Shown: positions 41,161 through 54,111 of the stretch, piece by piece
Numbering within the stretch: position 1 is the stretch's first letter
Layout of the letters: each line of letters begins with the position of its first letter
DNA from: Octopus vulgaris
Lineage: Eukaryota
Assembly (NCBI GenBank): GCA_951406725.2
Contig: OX597831.1
Location: 13,206,001 to 13,270,000, forward strand
Length of the DNA: 64,000 nucleotides
Reading direction: 5' to 3'
Made by a program: the position numbers and the translations under genes
The notes under the pieces: generated by a model
The model's input: the letters and a program-made list of their open reading frames with translations, nothing else
Database searches by the model: none
Told to the model about the DNA's origin: nothing

Positions 41161-41889
41161 TGGCGAAATGTATGTATGTTATGTATGTTATGTATGTTAT
41201 GTATGTATGTATGTATGTATGTATGTATGTATGTATGTATGTATGTATCTGTCTGTCTATCTACCTGCCTGTCTGTCTGTCTATATAAGCACACACTCAT
41301 ATATTGAAATGAAGCTCTGCAGCCAGTTGTCATATTTAAGTATATATATGTTTGTCTGTTGCCTTCTTTTAAGGGCTTTAGCCAGAGGCTGCGGCCACGA
41401 AGGAAGATGCCTAAAATTCTACTAAACTAAAATTCTACTAAATCTTGACAGAAGGCCAGTGATTTTAGGAGGAAGCTTTAGTCAATAATTTTGACCCCAT
41501 TACTTGTCTGATATTTTATCGACCGGTAAAGATTAGATGGCGAAGCTGACTTCAGTCGAATTCAAACTCAGAATATAAAGAACCATAGGAAATGCTACTA
41601 AACATTTTGTCCTTCGCATCGGCGTGTCTTGCCATCCCATACGAAACTAGATATGTAAAGAGGAGAGAAAACGTTTAATACATTTGGGAGCAAAAAAATG
41701 TGTCTGTATTTCGACCCAACTTCACGTTTAAAACTTCGTAGAGATCGATAAAAGTATAGCTTTTCCTATGAATACACTCACCGTGAGAAAACTATAAATG
41801 GTTTTTTAATGAAAATATTTTGGGGACCTCCATTGGTCACTTCATTTACGTGAATAATTGGGTTAAGCAACGTCTGCAAGTAATCTTAT

Positions 41890-42125
41890 GTCCATAAACT
41901 TACAATTAGTTACATCTGCCAAGATAATATCGATTCTACCATCACTTTCTCTTTCACCACACAACAACAAAAATGTGCAACAACATGCACTCCACCCCAT
42001 ATCCAGGCCTGTAGCTTTGAAATCCCATGAACCATGAAACCTGCACTGGAAGAAGCTTGTTGGTATCGTGAAATTATATGTGGGCCTGACGGCCAATACT
42101 TTGGAGTCAAGGTTCACCAACATCT
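41890..42125 (+). pseudogene. Penelope-like retroelement linker/GIY-YIG endonuclease remnant
   Basis: KLTISYICQDNIDSTI...ACS..PALEEACWYREII, then after a frameshift YVGLTANTLESRFTN; resembles PLE K(I/V)SYSC..N....I / CPL...C...I.Y / YIG.T...F..R. Confidence 0.55.
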
Positions 42126-43020
42126 TCACCAACATAACATGTAGTGTCGTTTCTCATCTGGAGATCGTAATTGCTAAATATGTTTCTGTCAGAGACTGTA
42201 TACATTACAACATCCAACAGCTTACTGTTGCCATCATAGTAACACTCTGTTGATGAACTTAAACCACTGACCACTGGTGCTCTGGAAGTAATTCGCTATC
42301 GCCAGCTGGCCTATACGCGATTGTGCAGTGAAGAACATCTGCCTTTCCACATAAGAACGTTTGTAGTTGAGTATTACTAAAAGGAAGCCGGTCTGACCTA
42401 CCATTGGTAAAACCCAGCAACGAATATATCTAAAACATTGCGTCCCACAAAAAATCCAGTTGTTAGTGGGCTTTCCAAAGAGAACATTAACCACGCAATT
42501 GCCGCCGATTTCGAGTTGTCTGCGAAGGCCGTTTGACACCAATCATTTCCTAAACCATAAAAAATTGTTTCCTTTCAGCAAAGTTTTTTCTACCGTTTCT
42601 TCTACGTTGAACGATTCCTTCGTTGGCTAATTTTAATTTAGCAATATATCAAATATTTATTTTCTTCTTGCATTTATTCTCTTATTTTTCTTAAAACTCA
42701 ATAAACATTTGGAAATCAAATTATAATATTTTTGCGGCATTTCTCCTCGTATAATTTAACATATACAGCAGAAGAATGCAATGCTGTTCTTGTCTGCACA
42801 AATGAGCATAGCTGCAGTTGTCAAGAAGTCTAGAAGATACAGAAAGCTGCAGTTGAAATGTGCAGCGAACTATTTCAATGTATATGACGTATTAAATGCT
42901 GTAAACAACGTTAATAAATCAATAATTTAATGATTGCATTCAGGTGTAATGTATTGTGCTTGAAGCAATTTAAAGATTCTGTAGCCATTAACGTTGTTGC
43001 GCATAAAAAAGACACACACA

Positions 43021-43065
<45 letters not shown>

Positions 43066-43214
43066 ATTACTTTGTTCTTTATCAACGATTGTCATATCAT
43101 CGAACAAGTAAGGGGGTAGCAAAGAGATTCTAATATGTTGATTAAATATACGCAATTCTGTTGATAAACTAATTGTCGAACAGTTAATTCGTTATATACG
43201 TACATACATATATG

Positions 43215-43247
<33 letters not shown>

Positions 43248-43693
43248 GTGCGTGTGTATGAGTATATACATATATATATCCACACACATGTATATATATG
43301 TATATACATATGGATATATATATGTGTGCATATGTATATATGTATGTGTGTGTATGCACATATATATATATATATATATGAGTGTGTGTTTGTGCGTGCG
43401 TGTGTGTGTGTTTTATAAAACAATTTTACTTTTAGCTGAAGTTAACTCTAGTGCCCTTGGCTAAAGATATTCAGTGGTTTAATTACTGCTTTACAGGGGT
43501 TTTACAGGGGTTCCTTCGCACCGGAACCGGGACCTCATTTTTATAGCACTAGTTTATTGGGTTCCTCACAAAATTTTACGAATTAATCGATGTGAGTTGG
43601 TAAAATGAGGAAAGGCATGCGCACAAAATCACGCATAATCACGCAGACATAGAAACACCTGTCCACGTATCTATATATTCGCGCTTTCACACT

Positions 43694-43781
<88 letters not shown>

Positions 43782-44324
43782 AGTGTGTGTGTCTGTCTGT
43801 CTGTATGTGTGTAATTCACAACACGTCAACGTGCGTGGTTTAGTGCTGAAGGCCAAGGTGGCCCCGGACAAGCTGAACTTGGGCGTGTTACAAGCTGACG
43901 GTTGTGGAAATTTCCTCTTCTTCGTCACGCCCTCTTTGGTGTCCCCAAGCACATGGCATCCCAGGTGACTGTCGAAGTTGCCGGTACCTCGACACGGCAT
44001 TATGTTCACGCCCACAAAGTTGTGGGTCCGCTATTTTTCACAGAGTGTCTGTAGTTACTCCCAATAAGGAGAGTATCGTGTACAAAGAGAAGAGTCTCGG
44101 TCGACCGATAAGCCACAGATTTGAAGTTCTATTCTTTTCAAATATACGTTTTCTTTGATTATGGTTCAATGTTACAGTTTTTTTGGATTTGGTTTGCAAG
44201 ATTCTTTATATGGGTTCGTGTGTTGAAGTATATTCTGTTGCGTCTGGCGAGAGTCATTTTCGTTTTGTGCCTTATAATGTAACACACTCACCGGTAAAAT
44301 TTCCACTTATTTGTTATTTTTATT

Positions 44325-44417
44325 TTCCTAAAATTTTCGGTGCGTCTTGCAACCTTTTCAGTAGTCTTGACTCAAGACTATTGAAAAGGTTGCAAGATGC
44401 AACGAAAATTTTAAGAA
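44325..44417. repeat. 93-bp near-perfect palindrome made of two divergent degenerate hammerheads
   Basis: Centre at 44371; 46-bp arms with about 4 mismatches. Confidence 0.85.
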
Positions 44418-45813
44418 TGTTACAGTTGTTATAGTATCAATGTTACTGTTGTGTAGTTACAAAGTTTACCTAGAAACAATGTAGTTTTGAGTTCGACCCC
44501 TCCCAGGGATCCTGATAAGCAACCACAACTCATATGCAATACTCACATCTGTTACTTAATACTTGTGGTTTCGATAGAGCAAATGAAGGATTCTCTATGC
44601 AGTGACCCGACTTTCTAACTATAGCAGCCAATTCTCCCTCAGATCAAACCATGTAATCATAGAAAATTATTGACTGGATGTTGTAGTCTTCGGTTACCTT
44701 GACAACCCCTTTTCTTTGCCACAAATCAACCTGTCGTTACTCAGTTTGGTGACATACGTCATACTTTCGCTCGTTGTGTGTGGTAAACCCGTGTAGGCAT
44801 AGACACCATCTCAGGCACCTCACCCTTGACTTAGCAGCGCATCCAACTTGTGACAACTGAAGAGGGGAGAGAGCGGGAGAGGAAGAGAGATAGAGAAAGG
44901 AAAACCTGCAAAAGAGTGCGGCTGTTCGTCCTTTATATGACAAGACAGGAATTGAACCCACGACTTTATCATCCAATGCCAAACCCCTAATCATTAGGCT
45001 ACACCCTTTCACATCACAAGCCAATAATTTTGATTAAGGTATTCATGATTGAGCTCATTGATGGTTTAAGATTGGAATATCTGAAACCAAGCTGTTCTGT
45101 TCGAGATCGGGTCTAACTTGTGTTCAAACAGTTTCATACTACAATACTATAACTGTCTCTCTTGTTTGGTGTTATCTGGTCTCGTACCGTACCCATTCAT
45201 GCATGACTCGCCTTTCCAACTCTCACCGTTTAAACCACAAATCACAGTCCTTCTTCTCTTGAGCATTGACCCACAGAAATATTCTCTCCATTCAGATCAT
45301 CTCTGCAGACGTTGAGCTGCAACTATTTAAAGCGAAACTTTGACGTCATCAAACAGTGGTTTCGGAGGATGTACAAAAGACCTCGGCAACCACTGCACCG
45401 CTTCTTCCAAACACAGCAACTAACATCAACACACCACTCAAAAAGAAACCAAAACCTAAAAGATGAATGACAGTGGGCTTCACAAAAAACATCTCAATCT
45501 GCTTAATTAGCACAACAATGTCCCAGTTTTAAGTGCATAAGCTGTCACCCTATTTATGTAAATAGTAGCTAAATCTTTTGTTATAGACTTAAAATCGGTT
45601 ACAGATGTGAATATTGGTTTATTGTGCATTGTCTCTCTTCCAATTTAGTGTCACTGTATCTAGAACACGTCACACATCAATCATTGATTCCGCCTCCCCT
45701 ACTCCACATTTCACGCTTAATATTTCTTCTACAACAGCCCCGCCTCTCTATCACCTGACAATTTTCCTCAAGCTTTTACGAAACCCGCTTCTGAACCGTT
45801 AAAAGACAAATCT

Positions 45814-45863
<50 letters not shown>

Positions 45864-46599
45864 ACACTATCTGTGTCTCTATCTGTCTGTCTCTCTCTGT
45901 CAATAGTACAGTAATGCATTCTATAATTTCTCTAATTACTTCTTGAAAATTTTCTATGGAATGACACAGTTTTCTGGCAATAAAATTGTTTTATTTCATG
46001 TTATTGGTTTAAAACTTTTCTTTCCTTTTTAAAATTTCAAAAGACAAAGAATCACATTATACGGTATTTCTGTCTTTAGACAATGAAATAAATTGCTTCT
46101 ATTATTTATTTTTCGTTTATACCCTTTCGAAACTTTAAATATAAGTAGTTAATGGGGAAAAAATTGCTGATTTTAACCTCGTTTATTTATTTTTTCTCTT
46201 GTCAAATAGTTCTATTTTTGTGAGACAACAGAAGACATTATCTGACATTCCTAACAAAATACAAAATACTTGAAAATCGCGTTGTTTTATATCAAGTGTA
46301 AAATCTGATTTGGTTTCAAATCACACAAGACTAAACAGCATTGACATTCTTAGCAACACACTCGAGTCAGTGGTCCACCCATTCCAGCGTAGTCACATCC
46401 GGCTTCCTTTTTTCTGTTTTGTTCCTAGACAAGAAAAGACTGTAGTCCTCGAATAATCGGCCTCGTACCAGCTGAACAAAGGCCACTTTGACTCATTTAT
46501 TTACGTCCTTATTGTCAACCATATTGGGTCCATTATGACCGGCCAATCCTACTTTCATGACAATTCGCTCTTCTTGTCTCTATCGTAGCAAGAGCCACA

Positions 46600-46639
<40 letters not shown>

Positions 46640-46697
46640 GCACGCACACACACACACAGACACAGAGTCACAATATGTATATATATCTATATAAGTG

Positions 46698-47015
46698 AAG
46701 GTGCCTGGCTCAGTGGTTAGAGCGTCGGGCTCACAACCATGAGGTGATGAGTTCTATTTTAGATCGAGCCAGCGTTGTGTTCTTGAGCAAGACCCTTTAT
46801 TTCACGTTGCTTCTGTTCACTTGGCTGTAGAAATGATTTTTGACATCACTGGTGCCAAGCTGTATCGGCCTTTAACTTTCACTTAGACAACATCAGTGGC
46901 GTAGAACAGAGACGCTGGTATGCATGACCGACAGTTGGTTTTCCATAAAGAACCTTGCCTGAAAGTGTGCTTCGGAGAGGAACTGTCTAGCTGCAATAGC
47001 ATGGTCATTTGTGAC
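46698..47015 (+). mobile_element. SINE family C (CORE-like), near full length
   Basis: A-box TGGCTCAGTGG, degenerate B-box, TTCTTGAGCAAGAC..TTTCACGTTGC. Confidence 0.82.
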
Positions 47016-47049
47016 CTTTACATATTATCTATATACGCATCTATATCTT

Positions 47050-47289
47050 GTTATAAGGATGACTAAGTATCAAGGCACATCAAATCGTAGGACGCCAGAA
47101 ATGGCTAGTGCAATACGAGACGAGAAAAACAGCCAACAACCGATGACGGGTCATTCTTTATGTTGTTTGTTTTGTTTTCCATTTCTGTCTTTCGTTGTTC
47201 GGAAGAATAGTTCATGTTCCACGTACTCGTGCTTCGTATTTTTTTGTTTGTACACATTTCGTGACGTCCTGTGCCCACATATGCACATA

Positions 47290-47290
<1 letters not shown>
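47050..47290 (+). mobile_element. Short TA-associated repeat (family also at 57600-57790, minus strand), possibly PLE-terminus-derived
   Basis: AACCGATGACGGGTCATTCTTTATGTT..GACGTCCTGT resembles the reverse complement of the 57.6-57.8 kb segment. Confidence 0.5.
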
Positions 47291-47379
<89 letters not shown>

Positions 47380-47467
47380 TTATAGATGTAAGTATGTACA
47401 TATACGTATGCATATATTCATATATATATATTATTTATATTATATATATATATATATATATGGATAC

Positions 47468-47507
<40 letters not shown>

Positions 47508-47714
47508 CCATATACATATATTGTATTTATATATATATATATACTCACATATATATATATATTTATATATATACACACATATATATGTATATATATATAC
47601 ATATGTATTAATATTTATACATATATATATGTATATATATTTATATACATACATATATATGTATGTATATATACATACATACATGCAAACATACATACAT
47701 ATATATATCGTGTG

Positions 47715-48462
47715 TGCGCATATGTATGTTTTAAATCAGCCACACCCACCTCAACTACTGACAAAGAAACAGTAGAGTCACTTCTCGACTGTATGAATGA
47801 GTTTTTCTTGTCCCAACTTTTTCTTCCCTCCAAAAATATTAGAACATTTTAGCCCTTGTATTTAGTATTCACACCAACACAATACACAGTATTTCAGTGG
47901 CAAAAAACTCTACTTTCAGACCACGACGTGGTTCTCTGTAACCTGAGATTCTGCCAGCCGAAAGTTAACGCTAGTGTCCTCTTTGAAGCTCATCGAATTG
48001 ACACCATGGATCTCTAAGAAACCGACTGGGACGCAATCATAAATGACCTATCACATGTTGACTGGTCTTTCACACATGCACACACCTTCTCCAGCTTCAA
48101 AATATTTTGGCAGATCTTTGAAGACACTGTCAGAAACATATGTGCTAAACACACCCCACTAACTAAGTGCAGAATTCACCAAAACAGAAAAACGGTTATC
48201 AGAACAAACAAACAAAATAACAAACTAAAATACTGCCAACAGCCACACATAAATTCGACGGCTATCACTTTGCTTGAATCAAAGGAATATAATCTCCAAC
48301 AATGCTTGTAGGCCATCATCAAAAACCCAAAAAACAGCCGAGAAGAAATGGACCGTGCAGAAAAATTAAACTCGACCCCAAAGTGTTCTTCTGTTTTGCA
48401 AATAAACACAAGATCACTGTCTCAAATGTTGGCCCGCTAATTGATGAAAATCTCCAAGATGA
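47715..48462 (+). mobile_element. Decayed CR1-like LINE ORF2 fragment (end of APE domain and linker), same family as the 18.5 kb LINE
   Basis: LLSDHDVV motif; [28 protein letters not shown] matches [29 protein letters not shown]. Confidence 0.8.
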
Positions 48463-48729
48463 TACATTATTTACATTATTTACATTCGGCGATATTTGTC
48501 CTCATCTTGTTTGTTGTTAACACAACGTTTCGGTTGATATACCCCCCAGCCTTCATCAGGTGTCTTAGGGAAATTTCGAACCTGGGTTCTCATACCTAAT
48601 GTATTTTTCGTTGTTATTATTATTATTATTATAATTATTATTATTATTATTATTCATGTCACTGCCTGGAGTCGAACTCGGATTCTTGGGGTTAGTAGCC
48701 TGCGCTCTTAACCACTACGCCATATGCCC
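48463..48729 (-). mobile_element. tRNA-headed SINE-like element containing a hammerhead ribozyme
   Basis: A-box TGGCGTAGTGG, B-box GTTCGACTCC, (TAA)n spacer, HHR, (AATGTAAAT)n tail. Confidence 0.78.
48519..48564 (-). ncRNA. Minimal type I hammerhead ribozyme
   Basis: gacac-CTGATGA-A-GGCTG..CAACC-GAAA-CG-TT^gtgtt. Confidence 0.78.
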
Positions 48730-48774
48730 GTGGATTAAATAGTATGTGCCTTGTTAAGGAATATATCCTTTTGT

Positions 48775-48978
48775 TCTCTATATTTGTTTCACTCATCTGA
48801 CTACGGCCATGCTGGGGCACCGCCTTTAGTCGAATAAATTATTTTTTGTAAGCTTAGTACTTATTCTAACGGTTACTTTTGCCGAGTCGCTACGTTACAG
48901 GGACGTAACCACACCAACATCGGTTGTCAACCCATGGTGGGGGGACAAACACAGACTCACAAATACATACATACATAC

Positions 48979-49024
<46 letters not shown>

Positions 49025-49162
49025 AGCTTCTTTCAGTTTCCATTTACCAAATCCACTTACAAGGCTTTGGTCGGCCCGAGAATGCAGGTGTCACGTAGTG
49101 GGACTGAACCCCAAACCCTGTAGTTGAAAAGGAAGCTTCTTACCACACAGCCGCTCCTGCCT
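48775..49162 (-). mobile_element. SINE family B (OK-like)
   Basis: Head, internal (TA)n and tail all present. Confidence 0.85.
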
Positions 49163-49321
49163 CTATTGAGAAGATAACATGCCACATGGCTTTGATTTTA
49201 TTATCTAATAACAGAAGAGATTTCACATTGCACTTATTAAATGATTACGTCCCTACGTGACGTTCCATAGAATCTTCCAGTGAAATCTTGACACGTATTC
49301 TCTTCGACGTTTACTTCTTTT

Positions 49322-49327
49322 ATTGTA

Positions 49328-49386
<59 letters not shown>

Positions 49387-49612
49387 CATCATCATCATCA
49401 TCATCATCGTCGCCGTCGTCGTCATCATCATCAACACCATTATTATTATTATTATTGTTATTTTTATTATTATTGTTATTATTATTATAATTATTATTAT
49501 TATTATTATTACTATTCTTATTCTTATTATTATTATTATCATCATTATTATCATCATTATCATTATTATTATTATTACTATAATTATTATTATTATTGTT
49601 ATGGTTATTATT
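49322..49612. repeat. Compound (TTA)n/(CAT)n microsatellite; similar compound tracts at 50355-50497, 52258-52385, 56653-56900 and 58280-58590
   Basis: Direct reading of the sequence. Confidence 0.95.
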
Positions 49613-50369
49613 TTTTCTAGTGAACAGTATCAAACGCTACTGATATGTATGATTAAATAATATAGCAGCCACTTAATTAGATCTTCAACAGTAGTCCAAA
49701 GCTGGTTGTAAGTCACACAAGTTAAACCCAGCAATCAAAATATCTGACGTCGTGATAAACTGATTTCAGAAAAAGATAAATCAGTTTGAGTTTTTATGCA
49801 GAAAACAAATTGGCCTCCTTATCTCTGCACAAACCATTCGGCTCGCTTTGTCCAACTGCACGTATCTGTTATCAATAGATAAGATGCCTTAAGTCGGTAA
49901 CCTCTACACCGTTAATATGAAAATAGAAAAAAATATATAAGGAATACTGACAAAAGATAAACGGAAGGAAGTATTTAATAGGTCGATTCTAGAAAATCCC
50001 AATTCGCAGAATAATTAGCGATCTCGTGCATTGAATTTGATACATCGATTTTCATCTACAGTAAAAATACATACGAAAAATAAACAAATAGAGAGTAATG
50101 TTATTTTCTAGTTGGTTGGGGGTGACGTTCGCAAGGAAGAAGAGCTGGATAGTTTGCTTTCATTCGTAATGTGTACTAAAAACTGAGATCGGAATACAAT
50201 GGTTGCGTGTTTCGATTGGAATTTTCTTTTTTAAATGTGTTATTCAATAAATAAGAGAATATTGGGAACAGCCATGACCTTTGTAAAGCTTGTCTTCAAT
50301 GTCGGCTTGAGCATCCGTAGGATAATGACCGCTACGAAGAAACCGTGAGTAAAAATAACAATGATAATA

Positions 50370-50498
<129 letters not shown>

Positions 50499-51047
50499 CA
50501 AAAAGAAATACAGAAAGGTGCATATGAATATAAAGTTTGGACAAAGTATTTCAGCGGAGTATGAGACACCATGTACAGAAACCGGCAGAGACGTGGTTGG
50601 CTGTGAGACGGCTTGCTAGTTCAGAGAAAGTATAGCTATCAATAATTAGCAACAAGTGACACAAATGGAATTCACAATCCATCTGCGACTCAAAGATTAT
50701 AACATTCTGGGTGAGAGATTCTTTGACATAAAAGAGATCCTTATGTATTTTAGAATTACAATACAACTTCAACCCAAAACAGCACCCTAATACATTTAAT
50801 ACACACACACACACACACACATGCAATTTCAATACATACATGCATATATATATGTATATATATATATGTATATATATATATATGTATATATTTTAATGGC
50901 TAAACACCACTATGTGGACAGCCATATGCTAGAAATAGATCACCTACGATCAAACTACAAACAAAGAATGTTCTCTAGAGAAAAATCAGCGGACACCAGA
51001 ACAATAGGCGGGCAAGACAGATGAAAATTATATAAAAATCAAGAATT

Positions 51048-51124
51048 AATCGCATACCGGTTTCGTCTATTAACGAATAAATCACTTACGTAATCCTTCA
51101 TCCGAACGACTCATCAGTGCGATC
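51048..51124 (-). ncRNA. Type I hammerhead ribozyme with a long loop II
   Basis: gatcgca-CTGATGA-GTC-(40 nt)-GAC-GAAA-CCGG-TA^tgcgatt. Confidence 0.82.
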
Positions 51125-51270
51125 GTTCCAAAATCAATATAATTATTTTAGCCCTTAAAATATACACATGTATTAGAATTTTCTCTGATTTTTCAGATTT
51201 TTGTATGCTAGGCTACTGGTTTTAAATTGATATTAATTAAATTAATGTTCAATTTATCTCCCTCATTATT

Positions 51271-51340
<70 letters not shown>

Positions 51341-51404
51341 GGTCTTTTCAACATGTAACACGTGTATATAGTTGGCGATTTCTTCCTCCGTCTTCACTTC
51401 CTTT

Positions 51405-51632
51405 GGCGGCGAGTTGGCAGACACGTTAGCACACCGGGCGAAATGCGTAACCGTATTTCGTCTGCCGTTACGTTCTGAGTTCAAATTCCGCCGAGGTCGA
51501 CTTTGCCTTTCATCCTTTCGGGGTCGATAAATTAAGTACCAGTTTCGCACTGGGGTCGTTGTAATCGACTGAATCCCTTTGTCTGTCATTGTTTGTCCCC
51601 TCCAAGTTGAGCCCCTTGTGGATAGTAAAGAA

Positions 51633-51635
<3 letters not shown>
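51405..51635 (+). mobile_element. SINE family A, full length, adjoining a truncated copy of the 200-bp HHR element (51340-51404)
   Basis: Consensus-like head, body and AAAGAAATA tail. Confidence 0.9.
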
Positions 51636-51664
<29 letters not shown>

Positions 51665-52257
51665 CTCTGTGTGTATATATCTATGTATATATATGTATAT
51701 AAATATATATATGTGTGCGTGTGTATATATATATATATCTATATATACATACATACCCATACATATATCTATCTCTCTATATACATGATGTGTGTCTATC
51801 TTTGTATATAGTATCGAGCACTGTATCAACATATACACATAAAAGCACATACACACATACTACACACACACACATACACAAGTAAAACGTGTATTTATAT
51901 ATAATATATAATACAGTTAATTATACACAGCTTCCCCTTTTTACACCGATCTTGTTTAATTATTCGAGTTAATTAGGTAGCTTCGGTATCTTCATAGCCA
52001 CAGTAAATCAATTTTAAATTGACCACCGATATTACTTCTATAATATCTAAAAAAAATCTTCTTTAGTAGACGGAGATAGAAACCAAAGCCTTGACCTTTG
52101 AGTATTACTGGTACAAGCTCTATAACTCCAGAATAATTGAACGTTTCGCAACACGTAGTATAATGATGCATGCAACTTATATATTCGAAGCCATATATTG
52201 AAGTTCTTTGTACCAACGCAAATCTGCTTATCTTGCGAAATATTGGAGAAACAATGA

Positions 52258-52383
<126 letters not shown>

Positions 52384-52792
52384 TAATCTATAGAATCACA
52401 CTAATTTGTTTCCATGAGAAAATTCGAATAATTAATGACGTCATTGCATCTGAACGAACACAATTATTGGCAAATGAGTTGGAAGTAGCTCAAAAGTTAT
52501 ATGCCGAGATAATAAATGAATCGAATATTTATGTTTTATTTCTGTGTTCCTGAAGGAAGTGATATAAGACCAGTCCTGCTGTTAATGATATTAATTACAG
52601 AAAAAAGAAAAACGAAACCGTCATGTGACATTAGGTGCCAATTGCTAGTTAATGGTTTTCCGATCTATGTTCATTAGGCAAAGTAATTTCAGTCCTATAT
52701 TGTTATTATTTTGATATGTCGCTTAATTAGTTCTTATTATAATTTGATCAATCAAATGAGAAATTATTAAACACTATTGTTATTATATATAT

Positions 52793-53022
52793 ATTTCGTT
52801 ACTACCCACGAGGGGCTAAACACAGAGAGGACAAACAAGGACAGAAAAAGGGATTAAGTCGATTACATCGACCCCAGTGCGTAACTGGTACTTAATTTAT
52901 CGACCCCGAAAGGATGAAAGGCAAAGTCGACCTCGGCGGAATTTGCACTCGGAACGTAACGACAGACGAAATACAGCTATGCATTTCGCCCGGTGTGCTA
53001 ACGATTCTACCAGCTCGCCGCC
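52793..53022 (-). mobile_element. SINE family A, full length
   Basis: Consensus-like sequence. Confidence 0.9.
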
Positions 53023-53418
53023 TTATTGTTATATATAGCTTATGTAGATTGCCTATCACTATAATTAACCATTGCTAGAAGAATGTCCAAGTTTATGAAG
53101 AGTCGTACATAACCGTTTCGGCATTGTCCGCTAAGTAAAAGTAGATTTTGAACAACCCTGTGGCACTTGGCTGTAAATCAATTGCACCAGACAGTGGGAG
53201 TAGCAAATACCTGTATATGTGGCACTAGCACCGGGCGACTTATGAGTATTTTGTTAGATTTTTGTGATAAATTCAACATTAGGAGTAGACTGAAGAGATT
53301 TAAGCTTCGTAAGGTTAACTTTGCCAGGATCTTAGAAAAATATGCGAACTTATAATGAATCCCAGACTGTTTCTATTAATAAAGTACGAACAACATCTGG
53401 ATGGAAACAAATTGAATA

Positions 53419-53672
53419 GTAAAGAATAAAAAGGTTTGAATGGTACCACAAAGCACTATAATAGAAAAACAATGGTCAATACAAAAACCTGTTGTAATTT
53501 ATCATTCATAGTCTGATAATATTTCGGAATAAAGTTTCTAAGAATATCTAAAGAAGGAATTTTATTACGAAATATCATATCAGACTATGGATGACTAAAT
53601 TACAACAGGAATATAGCTCATTGTCTGTTTTATAGTGCATTGTTGTACCATTCAAAACGTTTTATTCTTTAC
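53419..53672. repeat. Diverged foldback (~115-bp arms), MITE-like or PLE-terminus-like
   Basis: GTAAAGAATAAAA..CCTGTTGTAATTTA..CATAGTCTGATA versus TATCAGACTATG..TAAATTACAACAGG..TTTTATTCTTTAC. Confidence 0.8.
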
Positions 53673-54111
53673 AAACAATGCACAATGCTTCAAGCAAACT
53701 ACAATACTCTCCTAAATTGAAGAGTGTTTTGTTTGTGTATTTAGTTTGCCAAATTCTTGATGTGAAATCGTCTATTGAAACAGATTTTGTTGTATCATGA
53801 GGTCATTATGCCAACCTTAAACACACGCACTGATTCCATTTCACTTATTGTTTTTAGCTAATAAGTTTAGGCGGTGATCGGGCAGAGTGCTGAGAACGTA
53901 GTGGATTCCTGTAAAGGCGTCCAAGTTGCTAAGTAGAAATATCAAGGCAGGAAACGAATTAAGTCTACAACAGTTCTGAAGTTATACATACATACAAATA
54001 TCAATCAAGGACAATTTTCACTTCTACTTTTCCCTTTCATGCCTGAAACATATAACACCTTTGTGAAAACCTCTCCTTCTTGTGCTTTCCTTGCTGTTTT
54101 TCCTTCATCGC

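Noticed and set aside
43815-44040. GC-richer patch with a 114-aa minus-strand ORF
   Set aside because: No recognisable motif; the ORF runs into a microsatellite; probably an unclassified repeat fragment
48657-48729. Functional tRNA gene
   Set aside because: A and B boxes are present, but acceptor and anticodon stems do not pair; it is a SINE head. The same applies to heads at 11014, 12648 and 46698
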